Below are positions 19,399-29,925 of a stretch of 64,000 bases of DNA, one piece after another; within the stretch, counting starts at the first letter, position 1; each line of letters begins with the position of its first letter. This DNA comes from Thermoanaerobaculia bacterium. GTDB taxonomy: Bacteria > Acidobacteriota > Thermoanaerobaculia > UBA5066. The translations under genes were made by a program, and so were the position numbers. Under the pieces are notes generated by a model. It had not been told where the DNA came from. It did not search any database and saw only the letters and a program-made list of their open reading frames with translations. The stretch is from the NCBI GenBank assembly GCA_963816185.1, contig CAWFJJ010000005.1:192001-256000 (forward strand), written 5' to 3'.

Positions 19399-20110
19399 CA
19401 CGCCTTTCGACGCACCCGAGGCGCCCGCCCTGCGCTGCCCGTCGTGCGGTGCGGCGGCCACGGAGGGCGACCGGGCGTGCGGGCACTGCGGCTCGCTCCT
19501 GTCGACACGCCGATGCGCGGTCTGCTTCGCGCTCTCGCCCCGGGATGCCGAGCGTTGCGTGAGATGCGGGGCGCTGCTCCCGGCCGAGGCGCTGAAGCCG
19601 GCCGCAGGCACATGTCCCGACTGCCGGCAGCCGCTCGTCTCGCGGACAGCGGGAGTCGTGGGCTTCTCCGAGTGCGCCCGGTGCGGCGGGCTCTTTCTCG
19701 GACAGGAGGCCTTCGAGGCGGTCGCGAAGGACGCCGACGCGCGTCAAAAGGTCCGCGCGTTCGACGAGATCCCGCGGAAAGGGGCCGAGGCCGAGCCGGG
19801 CTTTCACTACCGCCCGTGCCCCGTGTGCCACAAGCTGATGAACCGGTCGAATTATGGAAGCGGCTCGGGCGTCATCGTGGACGTCTGCGGACCGCACGGC
19901 GTCTTTTTCGACAGAGGCGAGCTCACGCGCATCGTGGATTTCCTCGAGAATGGCGGTTGGGACCGGGTCAAGAAGCGCGAGAAGGAGAGGATGGAAGAGG
20001 AAATCTCCGCCTTGGAAAGCAGGCAGACGGGAGCGCTCGACCTTCGGGCGAGTCCCGGCGGCGGGCTGTCGGAGATCATCGGGTTTCTCGCGTCGATCCG
20101 GAATTCTTGA
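19361..20110 (+). CDS. Multi zinc-ribbon (DZR / zf-TFIIB) protein
   Basis: Repeated CxxC pairs; 'VDVCGPHGVFFDRGEL'. Confidence 0.8.
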   Translation: MTDEPKSPARHADTPFDAPEAPALRCPSCGAAATEGDRACGHCGSLLSTRRCAVCFALSPRDAERCVRCGALLPAEALKPAAGTCPDCRQPLVSRTAGVVGFSECARCGGLFLGQEAFEAVAKDADARQKVRAFDEIPRKGAEAEPGFHYRPCPVCHKLMNRSNYGSGSGVIVDVCGPHGVFFDRGELTRIVDFLENGGWDRVKKREKERMEEEISALESRQTGALDLRASPGGGLSEIIGFLASIRNS

Positions 20111-20249
20111 GGTTCCAAGAGACGAGTTCCTCGAAACAAGCGCAGCGCGGCGTCCCTAAACCCTTCTAAGAACTCTTCTCTGAGAACTCGCCTTCTGTCT
20201 TCTTGACGCCCCGGCAGGTTCGGGAGATCCTCCTTTTTCCGCCGTGCGC

Positions 20250-20339
20250 GGACAGGTGTCCGAGTGGTTTAAGGAACACGGTTGGAAGCCGTGCGTAGCC
20301 GAAAGGTTACCGTGGGTTCGAATCCCACCCTGTCCGCCA
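20250..20339 (+). tRNA. tRNA-Ser(GGA)
   Basis: GGACAGG/CCTGTCC acceptor stem, anticodon arm cacgg-ttGGAag-ccgtg, long variable arm, GTTCGAATC, 3' CCA. Confidence 0.96.
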
Positions 20340-20365
20340 TCGTTTTACTCCCGGGAGAAAAGATC

Positions 20366-20381
20366 CGGCACGTCTTTCGCA
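20366..20381 (+). promoter_or_regulatory. Putative sigma54 promoter
   Basis: CGGCACGTCTTTCGCA (GG-N10-GC) upstream of 20429. Confidence 0.5.
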
Positions 20382-20428
20382 CTCCCCGGCGTGGTGCCCG
20401 TTGGCGGTGCCGGAAAGGGGTCTGTCTG

Positions 20429-20902
20429 ATGAAGAACGCGCTCCGGTCGACCTTCGCCTGCCTTGCCGCCTCTCTCGCCCTCTGCCTCGCCGCGCCGAAC
20501 GCGGCGGCCGCGGGAGGTCCGCTGCTCGAGAAAGAGATCGAGGTCCCGCGTGCAACGCGCATCCCGCTCGACATGACCTGGGAGAAGTGCGCGCTCGTCG
20601 ACGTCGAGACGCAGAACGACCCGTCCGACAAGACGGTCCAGGCGGCGAAGGAGCACGACCCGAAGGACCTCACGTTTCTCCTCGTTCGCTTCCGTTACAA
20701 GAACACGGACTGGATCGACCACCGCGTGCGCCTTCGCGCCGTATTGCTCGACGCCTCGGGAAACGTCGTCGCGGACGCCGGCCGCACAGGCACGATGGAC
20801 AAGGCTCAGACCGACGACACGCTGAGTTTTCCGATGAAGGTGAGGACCGTCGACTGGGCGAACGCCCGGAAGATGAAGGTCACCGCGAGCTTTCTGAAGT
20901 AG
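20429..20902 (+). CDS. Secreted hypothetical protein (paralog of 60984-61442)
   Basis: Signal peptide; shares motifs with the 60984 protein. Confidence 0.75.
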   Translation: MKNALRSTFACLAASLALCLAAPNAAAAGGPLLEKEIEVPRATRIPLDMTWEKCALVDVETQNDPSDKTVQAAKEHDPKDLTFLLVRFRYKNTDWIDHRVRLRAVLLDASGNVVADAGRTGTMDKAQTDDTLSFPMKVRTVDWANARKMKVTASFLK

Positions 20903-20935
20903 CGGACCGTATAATCTGCCGTTCCGATCGGCCGC

Positions 20936-21025
20936 GGTGAGGTGCTGGAGTGGTTGATCAGGACGGTCTCGAAAACCGTTTTACCCGGAAGGGTAACGTG
21001 GGTTCGAATCCCACCCTCACCGCCA
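20936..21025 (+). tRNA. tRNA-Ser(CGA)
   Basis: GGTGAGG/CCTCACC acceptor stem, acggt-ctCGAaa-accgt, long variable arm, CCA; TATAAT at 20910-20915. Confidence 0.96.
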
Positions 21026-21032
21026 CTTCGAC

Positions 21033-22631
21033 TCAGCGCGCGGCGAGCTCGGGCTCGAAGAGGCGGTCTCGGTCGGCGATCGCCGCGAAGGCGACGTCGT
21101 CCACGTATCCCGACTCGACCATGCGCGCGAGCCGCCAGAAATCCTCGACGTGCCCGCGGATGCGCGCTTCGGCGTAGTCGCGAGAGACTTCGTTGTCGAT
21201 CAGGAACGGCCAGTCGGACGACTGGAGCAGCAGGGCCTGCCGCTCGAGGGCCGCGAAGAGCGGCGCCGGAATCGCCCCGCGCCGGTCCTCGAACCTTTCC
21301 AGGGCGCGTTCGGCCGCATCCACCTCGCGCCAGTACGGGATCGTGTGGTCGTTCCACCAGACCTGAAAGTCGCCTCCGCGTCCCCACGTGCCGGGCGGCA
21401 GGCGGAGGACGACGGGAGGAGGCGCGGCCGCGAGCGCCTCGGAAGCGGTGCGCGGCACGACACGCTCGCTCCCGGCGAGCCGGGTGAAGACCTCCTCGAG
21501 GAAGTCCACGCCCTCGAACCACCAGTGGCCGAACAGCTCGAAGTCGAACATCGCGACGACGACCGGCGCGTCGCCGTCGGGCAGGGGCGGTGCGCTCTCG
21601 AGCAGCTTGATGAAGTGGTCGGCATGCGACGCGAGGGCGGCGGCGACGGCGCCGCGCTCGTAAGGGAGCTTGTCGGGGAGGTCGAGGTTCGAATCCGTGA
21701 CGCGCCAGTAGCGGTGGCCGCTCGGGGCGCGTTTCTTGTGGAACTCGAGGTAGCGCCCGTCGCCGGGATAGCCGATCTTGCCGGACCACACCTGCTGCGA
21801 AGAGAGCGGGTCTCGCGCGAAGACGCCGACGCGCTCGCCGTGCGCGGCGCGAACCGCGTAGATGCGGTAAGGAGTCCCGCCGCTCGGCGGCAGGTCGACC
21901 TGGCCCCCGTAAGCGGGGACGACCCGCCCGCCCGTGACGAGATGCGTCTCCACGAAGAAATACTTCAAGCCGCGCGCGGCGAGGAAATCCTCGAGACCGC
22001 ATCGATCCTCGACGTGCCCGTCTGCGGGCGAGGTCCACGGTCCGCCCGGCCGGTACGCGCACTCGGGCAACCAGATGCCCCGCGCTTCGCGCCTAAAATG
22101 GCGCCGGTGCGCCGCGAGGCCGGCGTCGAGCTGGCGGTCGATCGCGCGGTCGTTCGGGAGGAGAGGCAGAAACCCGTGCGTGGCCGCCGAGGCGATCATC
22201 TCGAGGGCGCCGCGCTCGGCGAGGGCGTGGAAGGACGGGGTGAGGCCGCCCTCTCGCCCGGCGAAATCCGAACGCAGGCCTTCGTAGAAGGCCGACCAGA
22301 ACCCGGCGACGGACGTGGCCTGGGCGTCGCCGCTTGCGGAGAGCCGTGCCTCGTCCTCCCGGGCCGCGCGCGTGCGCTGCGCGAGATAGTCCTCGAATCC
22401 CCGCGTGAAGCGCTCGTCCGCGAGCTGTTCGGAGAGAACGGGCGTCATCCCGACCGTGGCCTTGAAGGGAATTCCGGCTGCGAGCAGCCGTTCGACCGCG
22501 ATGAGGAACGGTTGGTACGTCTCGGCCGCGGCTTCGTAAAGCCAGTTCGCGCCATGCGGCCACGTGCCGTGTCCGAGCACGTCCGGAATGTGGCCGTGCA
22601 GCACGAGGACGAGCGTCACGGGTGGCCGCAT
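21033..22631 (-). CDS. GH57 1,4-alpha-glucan branching enzyme (DUF1957)
   Basis: 'LHGHIP', 'GIWLPECAY', 'DFELFGHWWFEG', 'LQSSDWPF'. Confidence 0.92.
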   Translation of the reverse strand: MRPPVTLVLVLHGHIPDVLGHGTWPHGANWLYEAAAETYQPFLIAVERLLAAGIPFKATVGMTPVLSEQLADERFTRGFEDYLAQRTRAAREDEARLSASGDAQATSVAGFWSAFYEGLRSDFAGREGGLTPSFHALAERGALEMIASAATHGFLPLLPNDRAIDRQLDAGLAAHRRHFRREARGIWLPECAYRPGGPWTSPADGHVEDRCGLEDFLAARGLKYFFVETHLVTGGRVVPAYGGQVDLPPSGGTPYRIYAVRAAHGERVGVFARDPLSSQQVWSGKIGYPGDGRYLEFHKKRAPSGHRYWRVTDSNLDLPDKLPYERGAVAAALASHADHFIKLLESAPPLPDGDAPVVVAMFDFELFGHWWFEGVDFLEEVFTRLAGSERVVPRTASEALAAAPPPVVLRLPPGTWGRGGDFQVWWNDHTIPYWREVDAAERALERFEDRRGAIPAPLFAALERQALLLQSSDWPFLIDNEVSRDYAEARIRGHVEDFWRLARMVESGYVDDVAFAAIADRDRLFEPELAAR

Positions 22632-22645
22632 GAAGGGCCGCGATT

Positions 22646-24796
22646 CTACGCCGGGGCCTGCCGGGCTCTCCGAAGGCTCGCAGGTGACGACGCGGGGCCG
22701 GGCGGGCGGAAGCGCACCCAGCCGTCTTCCGGGATCGCCTCCTGCGTGCGGCCGTCCGCGTCGAGCAGCGCGATCCGGAACGAAAGCGCGGCCCGTGCGC
22801 CGAGGGAGCAGGGCAGCCGCACCTCGAGCACTCGTTCCAGCCCCACCCGGAGGCCGCCGTCGCCGGTCACGCCGGGCGAAAGGTGCAGATCCGTCGAAAC
22901 GGGAGCGTCGCCGTCGCCCGGCGGCTGGATCTCGACGCGCAACGTCCGGCCATGAAAGACCGACGCATCCGTCTCGGGGTCGAGCCTGAGGAAGAGCGTG
23001 TCGCCCGCCGCGGACGCGCCGAAGAGAACCTGTTTCACGAGACCCGCGCTGCGGTGCATCGTGCCGCGGCTTCCGCCCCTGACGCAGCCCGCGCCCGCCC
23101 AGTCCGCATCACCGGCGAGGCCGTCCACCGCCGGCCAGAGCGCGCTTCCGGGCGGCATGACCTCGGGCCCGTGGAGGGGGTCGACGGGCTCCAGGAGCTC
23201 GGGCGGCACGGGACGCGCGGCTGCGCGGTACGCGGCGACGAGGTGCTTGCGAAACAGCGCGTCGAAGACCGCATCATGCGCCGAGGAGTGGTCGTCGCCG
23301 AGCCACCAGAACCAGTCGGACGCTTCGGCGGCGAAGAGCGCGGCCTTGGCCGCAGCCGGCGTCGCGTCGCCGCTCAGGACCTCGGCGGGGGAAACCACGG
23401 GCGCGGCGGCGATCTTTCCCCCGAGAGCCTCCCGCGCGGTATGGAGGAGGCTCCAGGCTTTGTTCTTCGGAGGCGCGCCGATCCACGTGGCGAGGTTCCC
23501 GTCGACCCACGACCCCGCGACGACGCGTTCGAGGCTCGCGGGCGGAGCCGTGAGGCGTTGGAGCGCCTCCGAGGGCGTCACGACCTCGAAGTCCTGCCGC
23601 GCCGCGAGCGCCGCCGCGAGAGCGCGCAGGAACGGCGCGCCGTTGTCGGGATACGCCTCCCATGCGTTCTCGCCGTCGAGGATCACGGGGACCGTGAGCT
23701 CGGCCTCGGGCGCGGCCTCACGGATCGAGAGCAGGCGGGCGACGAAGTCGGCCGCGGCGTCGCCGGGATCCCACGTCGCGTACGAAAAGCCGATCCGGTC
23801 CGAGAGGACGCGGTCGCGGAAGAAGATGGCGGGCGACGGGACGCCTGCGAGACGCCACGGGCGGAACACCGTGCGCGCGCGGTCGCCCTCGCCGAAGTCG
23901 CGCTTTCCGGCCGGCAGCGACTGCAGGAGGACGGCCTCGTCCGACGCCGTCCACGCGACGCCGGCCTCTCCGAGCAGCGCGAGCGTGCCCTCCGAGAGCG
24001 CCCCCTCGGGCGGCCACATCCCGCGCGGGCGGAAGCCGAAGTACTTTTCGAACGTCCCGAGGCCGAGCGCGAGCTGCGACCGCGCGTCGTCGGAGTGCGA
24101 GAAGCGAGGCACTGGAACCGGCAGGTCGGGACGCGCATCGCGGCCCGCGCTCGAGTCCAGGAGGAGCGGCAGGATCGGGTGGTGGTAGGGGCTCGTCGCG
24201 GCCTCGACCAGTCCCGACTCGAAGGCGCTCTTCCACGCGGGGATCACGCGGGAGAGGAACGCCGCCTGGTGGTCGAGGAGCGCGTTCTTTTCCGTCTCGG
24301 TGAAGCCGTGCCCGCGCTTGCGCAGGTGGACGATGAGTTGATCCTTCTGGAGGGCGGGCCCCGACCACGCGAGGTGGAACAGGACCACGAGGTCCGTGAG
24401 GTCGGAGGGGGAGAGCGCTTCTCCCTCGTCGGCGCGCTTCTGGAGATCCGCGAGGCGCGGAAACCTCTCGAGGATCCGCGGGTGGACGGCGAAGAAATTC
24501 TGTCGGGCGAAGCGTACGGCGGCCGAATCCCACTCCGTCGCGGGTGTCCTCGCGACGTCGAGGAACGCATCCGAACCGCCTCGCGCGAGGAGGTCGATCT
24601 GGTCGAGAAGGGCGGGCACGAGGTTCGCGGTGTGGTGGATGCGCGGCTCCTCCGAGAGGAGAGCGGGCAGGTCGAAGTAGTCCTTCAGGGCGTGGAGGCG
24701 CACCCACGGGAGCGCGGGCGGCACGCCGTCGAACGTCGGATACCACGGCTGGTGGAAGTGCCAGAGGAAGACGACGCGGAGAGGCGGAGCGGTCAC
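22646..24796 (-). CDS. GH57 amylopullulanase/alpha-amylase
   Basis: 'WHFHQPWY', 'HPILPLL', 'GMWPPEG', 'ILDGENAWE', 'AEASDWFWW'. Confidence 0.92.
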   Translation of the reverse strand: MTAPPLRVVFLWHFHQPWYPTFDGVPPALPWVRLHALKDYFDLPALLSEEPRIHHTANLVPALLDQIDLLARGGSDAFLDVARTPATEWDSAAVRFARQNFFAVHPRILERFPRLADLQKRADEGEALSPSDLTDLVVLFHLAWSGPALQKDQLIVHLRKRGHGFTETEKNALLDHQAAFLSRVIPAWKSAFESGLVEAATSPYHHPILPLLLDSSAGRDARPDLPVPVPRFSHSDDARSQLALGLGTFEKYFGFRPRGMWPPEGALSEGTLALLGEAGVAWTASDEAVLLQSLPAGKRDFGEGDRARTVFRPWRLAGVPSPAIFFRDRVLSDRIGFSYATWDPGDAAADFVARLLSIREAAPEAELTVPVILDGENAWEAYPDNGAPFLRALAAALAARQDFEVVTPSEALQRLTAPPASLERVVAGSWVDGNLATWIGAPPKNKAWSLLHTAREALGGKIAAAPVVSPAEVLSGDATPAAAKAALFAAEASDWFWWLGDDHSSAHDAVFDALFRKHLVAAYRAAARPVPPELLEPVDPLHGPEVMPPGSALWPAVDGLAGDADWAGAGCVRGGSRGTMHRSAGLVKQVLFGASAAGDTLFLRLDPETDASVFHGRTLRVEIQPPGDGDAPVSTDLHLSPGVTGDGGLRVGLERVLEVRLPCSLGARAALSFRIALLDADGRTQEAIPEDGWVRFRPPGPASSPASLRRARQAPA

Positions 24797-24864
24797 GCAC
24801 CCCCCTTTTATCGTCCGGGGCGGGCGGACACAAGTTGCGGCCGGCTGCTAGAATCCGCATCCCC

Positions 24865-24988
24865 GGGCCCCCGGATGAGTTCGGGTCCCGCGCGACGGTC
24901 CCCTCCGAACCGTGTCAGGTCCGGAAGGAAGCAGCACTCAGGAGAAAGGCCCGGGCGCCGCGGATCGCCCGGACTCATCGGGGGGCTC
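24865..24988 (+). ncRNA. ffs: Signal recognition particle RNA (4.5S)
   Basis: Helix 8 'gtgtcaggtccggaaggaagcagcac'; long closing stem; TAGAAT upstream, T-run downstream; precedes dnaX. Confidence 0.93.
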
Positions 24989-25017
24989 GGGCCCTTTTTT
25001 TCGAGTACAGTCTCGAC

Positions 25018-26932
25018 GTGACCGACCAGGCCTCCTACGTTCCCCTCGCCCGCAAATGGCGGCCCCGCAGGTTCGCGGACGTCGTGGGGCAGGACGAGAT
25101 CGTCCGCGCGCTCACGAACGCGGTTTCCGCCGACCGGCTCGCGCACGCGTACCTCTTTTCGGGGCCGCGCGGGGTCGGCAAGACGACGACGGCGCGCCTC
25201 CTCGCGGCCGCGATCAACTGCAGCTCGTCCGACCGGCCGACGGCGACTCCGTGCGGGATTTGCGCGTCTTGCGTGGAGGTGCTCGAGGGCCGCTCTCTGG
25301 ACACGCTCGAGATCGACGGCGCCACGCACGGCAAAGTGGACCAGGCGCGCGATCTCATCGAAGTCGTGGCGTACGCGCCCTCGCGTGACCGCCGGAAGGT
25401 GTTCATCATCGACGAGGTCCACGCGATCTCCTCGGCCGCCTTTCAGGCCCTCCTGAAGACTCTCGAAGAGCCGCCGTCTCACGCAGTCTTCATCCTGGCG
25501 ACGACCGAGAGGCACAAGATTCCCGCGACGATCCTGTCCCGCTGCCAGCGTTTCGACTTCCGCCGCCTCACGGACGACGAGGTCGCCGGGCGCCTCGAGG
25601 ACATCGCCCTCCGCGAGGACTTCGAGGTCGTCGACGCGGGGCAGGAGGCAAAGGGAGGGAAGCCCATCGTGGAGCGAACGGCGCTGGCCGCGCTCGCCGC
25701 GGCGGCCACGGGCAGCCTCCGGGACGGCCTCTCGCTCTTCGACCAGGCGGCCGCGCGCTCCGGCGGCGGCGTCCGGGCGGAAGACGTCGCGGCGCTTCTC
25801 GGCGCGCCCGACCGCACGGCGCTCGTCACGCTCCTCGGAGCGGTGCTGGCCTCCGACCGGATCGGCGTCTTCAAGGGCTGCGCCGAGCTCGAGGCCGCAG
25901 GCGCCGAGCCTCGAGCCACGCTCCACGACCTCACCGCGCTCGTGCGCGGCGCCGTGCGCCTCGCCGCCGACCCGTCGGCGCCGCCGCCGACGGGCCTCTC
26001 GGAGGAAGGCGCGGAGCGGGTGCGCGAATTCGCGCGCCTCACGCCCTACGCGACGCTCCTCCGCCTCCTCTCCCTCCTGTCGGAGTCCGACGGGACGCTG
26101 CGCCGCTCGGACGTGCCTGCCCTCGCCTTCGAGGTCCTGCTCCTGAAGGTCGCGGAGCTGCCTCGGCTCGTGCCGATAGAAGAAATTCTTGCCGGGAGGA
26201 TCCCCGCGCCACCCGGAGCGCCTGGCGCGTCGAGCGTGGGCGGGGCAGCGGGCGGCGGCGCCGGGGGATTTTCTTCGAAAGGTGATTTGGCCGCGGAGCG
26301 CAACGCGGGCGGCTCGCGTGCGAGCGGCGTCCCCGCGCCGCCCCGTCCCCCTCTTCCCCTTCTAAGAAGAAGCTACGGACGTTGCCGTCGCATCGCCAAA
26401 GCACGCCGCGCACCGCGCCCACAGTCTGCCGTCCGAAGCAGAAAATTCCTCCTCTTCCGACGTCCCCCGATTCGTCGGCCTGACGCCGCTGGAGATCGTT
26501 CCCGATCCCGTGCCGACGCCCGATCCCGCGGGCGCATTCCGCGCGGCCGTCGAGAAGAGGCACTCGCAGCTCGGGGCCGTCCTCGACGACGCGTCCATTC
26601 GGCTCGAAGGCAAGGACGTTTTCATCTCGCTCGACCCTCCGAGCATCGTGACCGAAAAGCGCCTCGCCGAGCCCGCGATGGCGAAGGTGCTCGAGGAAGC
26701 TGCGGTCGCCGTCCTCGGGAAGGGCGCGAAGGTGTCCGTCGAGAGCGTGACCCCGCCCGCGGGCGATCTCACGGCGGCCGCGGCCGTCGCCGACCCCCAG
26801 ACGCTCGAAAGAGAGCATCTGAAAATGAAGGTTGCGACCGACGAACGCGTGAAAAGGATGATGGATCTCTTCGGGGGCGAGATCGCCGAGGTGAAACGCG
26901 ACGGCGGGCCCGACCGGGCGAAAGGCCGCTGA
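25018..26932 (+). CDS. dnaX: DNA polymerase III subunit gamma/tau, frameshifted in the linker near 26340-26400
   Basis: 'LARKWRP', 'GPRGVGKTT', 'CGICASC', 'IIDEVH', 'SRC'; tau-like C-terminus ('DERVKRMMDLFGGEI') lies in another frame ending at 26932. Confidence 0.9.
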
Positions 26933-26935
26933 GAA

Positions 26936-27544
26936 GTGGCCGGCCTCCCGGCGTTCGACCGGCTCGTGGCCGCGCTCGAGAAGCTGCCGGGCATCGGTCC
27001 GAAGAGCGCGCGCCGGCTCGCGTACCACCTCCTGGCCGCGCCCGAGTACGACGCCGGGGCGCTCACGGCCGCGCTGGCCGAGGCGCGGGCGCGCACGCGC
27101 TCGTGCTCGGTCTGCCACGCCCTCACCGAGGCCGATCCGTGCGCGATCTGCTCGGACTCGTCGCGCGACCTTCGCCTCCTCGCGGTCGTGGAGGACGCGG
27201 CCGACGCGGACGTCCTCGAGAGGACGCACGAGTTCCGGGGCCGCTACCACGTGCTGGGCGGGGCGCTCGCGCCCTTGCGCGGCATCGGGCCGGACGACCT
27301 CAACGTCGCCGATCTCCTCGTGCGCGTCGAGTCTCCGGCCGCCGGCGAAAGCGTGGAGGAGGTCGTTCTGGCGACGAATCCGAACGTCGAGGGCGAGTCC
27401 ACGGCCCTCTACCTGGCCCGCCGCCTCAAGCCGCTCGGGGTGAAGGTGACGCGCCTCGCTCTGGGCCTTCCGGTGGGCGCCGCGCTCGAGTTCGCGGACG
27501 AGGTGACCCTCGGGAGGTCCCTCTCGGGCCGCCGGGAGATCTGA
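26936..27544 (+). CDS. recR: Recombination mediator RecR
   Basis: 'LPGIGPKSARRLA', C4 zinc finger, TOPRIM 'LATNPNVEGE'. Confidence 0.97.
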   Translation: MAGLPAFDRLVAALEKLPGIGPKSARRLAYHLLAAPEYDAGALTAALAEARARTRSCSVCHALTEADPCAICSDSSRDLRLLAVVEDAADADVLERTHEFRGRYHVLGGALAPLRGIGPDDLNVADLLVRVESPAAGESVEEVVLATNPNVEGESTALYLARRLKPLGVKVTRLALGLPVGAALEFADEVTLGRSLSGRREI

Positions 27545-27570
27545 TCGGTTAGACTTGCGTGTAAAAGCGC

Positions 27571-28065
27571 ATGTCGGATTTCATTCTTTTTGACGAGGAG
27601 TTTCATCAGATCAAGGACGTCATCGGACGCCTGAAGGCGGATGCCCAGGCGAAAGTCGTCTTCATCGTCGACAAGAACGGACAACAGATCGCCGCCCAGG
27701 GCGACATTCAATCCCTCGACACGACGTCGCTCGCGTCGCTCACCGCCGGCAACGTCGCCGCGACGGATGGCCTCGCGCGGCTCATCGGCGAAAAGGAATT
27801 CCCCGTCCTCTTTCACGAAGGCGAGCGCGACAACGTCTATATCTCGATCGTCGGCCAGCGCGTCATCCTCGTCGTCATCTTCGACGAGCGCTCGTCTCTC
27901 GGCCTCGTGCGGCTGCGAGTGCGCAAAGCGAACGGCGAGCTCGAGCGCATCTTCGACACGATCCAGAGGAAGGTCGAGAGCGAAAAAACGCGCCGCCAGG
28001 AGGGCTACGACTCGCCGTTCGCCGAGATCACAGACGAAGACATCGACAGCCTTTTCCGCGAGTAG
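27571..28065 (+). CDS. mglB: Roadblock/LC7 GTPase-activating protein MglB
   Basis: 'SLASLTAGNVAAT', 'SLGLVRLRV', 'FAEITDEDIDSLF'. Confidence 0.95.
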   Translation: MSDFILFDEEFHQIKDVIGRLKADAQAKVVFIVDKNGQQIAAQGDIQSLDTTSLASLTAGNVAATDGLARLIGEKEFPVLFHEGERDNVYISIVGQRVILVVIFDERSSLGLVRLRVRKANGELERIFDTIQRKVESEKTRRQEGYDSPFAEITDEDIDSLFRE

Positions 28066-28071
28066 CCGCGC

Positions 28072-28656
28072 ATGACGTTCATCAACTACGCCGCGCGGGA
28101 GATCAACTGCAAGATCGTCTACTACGGACCCGGCCTCTGCGGGAAGACCACGAACCTGCAGTACATCTACGACCGCACGAACCCCGCCGCCAAGGGCAAG
28201 CTCATCTCGCTCGCCACCGAGACGGACCGGACTCTCTTCTTCGATTTCCTCCCGCTCGACCTCGGCACCGTCCGCGGCTTCAAGACGCGCTTCCACCTCT
28301 ACACGGTGCCCGGGCAGGTCTTCTACGACGCGAGCCGCAAGCTCATCCTGAAGGGCGTCGACGGCGTCGTCTTCGTGGCCGACTCGCAGGAAGCGCGCAT
28401 GGACGCGAACGTCGAGTCGCTCCAGAACCTCGAGAAGAACCTCGTCGATCACGGGTTCGACCTGCAGGCGATTCCATACGTCCTGCAGCTCAACAAGCGC
28501 GACCTGCCGACGGCCATTCCCGCCGAGGAGCTCTACCGCCAGCTCAATTTCAAGGGAGAGCCCACGTTCGAGGCGACCGCCCCGACCGGCCAGGGCGTCT
28601 TCGACACGCTCAAGGCCGTGGCGAAGCAGGTTCTGATGGAGCTGCGGAAGAAATAG
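28072..28656 (+). CDS. mglA: Small Ras-like GTPase MglA
   Basis: '[12 protein letters not shown]', 'RTLFFDFLP', 'TVPGQ', 'NKRD'. Confidence 0.97.
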   Translation: MTFINYAAREINCKIVYYGPGLCGKTTNLQYIYDRTNPAAKGKLISLATETDRTLFFDFLPLDLGTVRGFKTRFHLYTVPGQVFYDASRKLILKGVDGVVFVADSQEARMDANVESLQNLEKNLVDHGFDLQAIPYVLQLNKRDLPTAIPAEELYRQLNFKGEPTFEATAPTGQGVFDTLKAVAKQVLMELRKK

Positions 28657-28729
28657 CCGGAGCGGCGAAGCTTCCACGGTCCTGGCTCATGTTTGACTCC
28701 CCATCCTCGAAAGCTCGGCATTGATTCCC

Positions 28730-29607
28730 GTGCTGAGGCGCCTGTCGCACCCTCCCCTTCGCTGGCGCGGTTCTACTCTCGGTCTTGCTCCCGGCCTGCG
28801 CGCGCAGGGTGGCGCCGCCGGTGGAGAGCCCGACGGAATCGATCTCGGCGGGCGTCACGCATCGCATCGTGGTGCGGTCCCAGCCGACACCCCTCGTGAT
28901 GCACATCGTGGAGATCGATCTCGAGAAGGCGCCGGGCACCTTGAAGGTGGCCGCGAATCAGTCGGTCCCGGACGGAAGCCTGATCGCCACGACGGTCAGC
29001 CAGCTCGCGGCGAAAGCTGATTTTTCCGTAGCCGTGAACGCGAACTTCTTCCAGGTGCCGGGCGGCCGGTATCCGAAGGAGGGCGATCGCGCGAAGGCCG
29101 TCGGAGGAGTGATCCTCGAGGGCCGGACGGTTTCGCCGAAGGGCCCGGAACACGGCCTCATCAATGCGGGACTCTGCATCGAGGGACGGAACGTGCGCGT
29201 CGAAAAGGGCTTCGAGTGTCGCGGCGCGACGTGCGGTCTCGCGTCCGGTCCGCTCCTGCTCTGGCGGGGAGAGCCGGTCGACACGGGCCTCGCGGACAGG
29301 ATCTTCAGATCTCCGCGCCATCCGCGCACCGCGTTTGGGGTGGACTCGGCCCGCCGGAAGGTCTGGCTGATCGTCGCGGACGGGCGGCAGGAGGGTGTGA
29401 GCGAAGGCGCGACGCTGGACGAGCTGAAGCAGACGCTGAAAGAAGCTCGGCGCCGTCGACGCCCTCAACCTCGACGGCGGCGGCTCCTCCACCCTCGTCG
29501 CCCGCGTGAACGGAACCCTCCGAGTCCTCAACGTGCCCGTCCACGAGAGGATCCCGGGCCGCGAGCGGCCGGTCGTGACGGCTCTGGGGATGACCGAAAG
29601 GGAGTAA
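28730..29607 (+). CDS. Phosphodiester glycosidase (NAGPA) family lipoprotein, two apparent frameshifts (about 28740 and 29442)
   Basis: Lipobox-like 'LLPAC'; 'VNANFF', 'HPRTAFG', 'DGRQ'; 'ALNLDGGGSS' in a shifted frame ending TAA 29607. Confidence 0.8.
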
Positions 29608-29649
29608 CAGACCTCGAGCAGCCGATCTGCTTGTGCTACGATGTGCGTC

Positions 29650-29925
29650 ATGAGCGACGGCGTGAACGTGCGCGACCTGCGGCAGAACCTGAGCGTCCAT
29701 CTGCGCCTCGTCAAGGCCGGGCGGACGCTGCGGGTCCTCGAGCGCGGGCGCCCCGTCGCGCTCCTCACGCCGCTTCCGGGGCACGGGAGCGCGCTGGAAC
29801 GGCTCGTCTCGTCCGGCCGCGCGGTGCCCCCGAGGCTCGAGCTCGCCGAGCTGTCTCCCCCGCGGGCGGTGGAGGGGAGCCTGACGGCGAGCGAGGCGCT
29901 CCGCCAGCAGCGCGACGAGCGGTGA
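29650..29925 (+). CDS. Phd/YefM-family antitoxin
   Basis: 'VNVRDLRQNLS...RGRPVALL'; GTGA overlap with PIN gene. Confidence 0.88.
   Translation: MSDGVNVRDLRQNLSVHLRLVKAGRTLRVLERGRPVALLTPLPGHGSALERLVSSGRAVPPRLELAELSPPRAVEGSLTASEALRQQRDER

Noticed and set aside
20250-21025. tRNA-Ser genes as island integration sites
   Set aside because: No integrase and no separate duplicated tRNA 3' end seen; the shared sequence is just the two tRNAs' T-arms.
24544-27552. 1002-aa giant DnaX ORF
   Set aside because: Its start overlaps GH57 and ffs, and its tail is out-of-frame read-through across recR.
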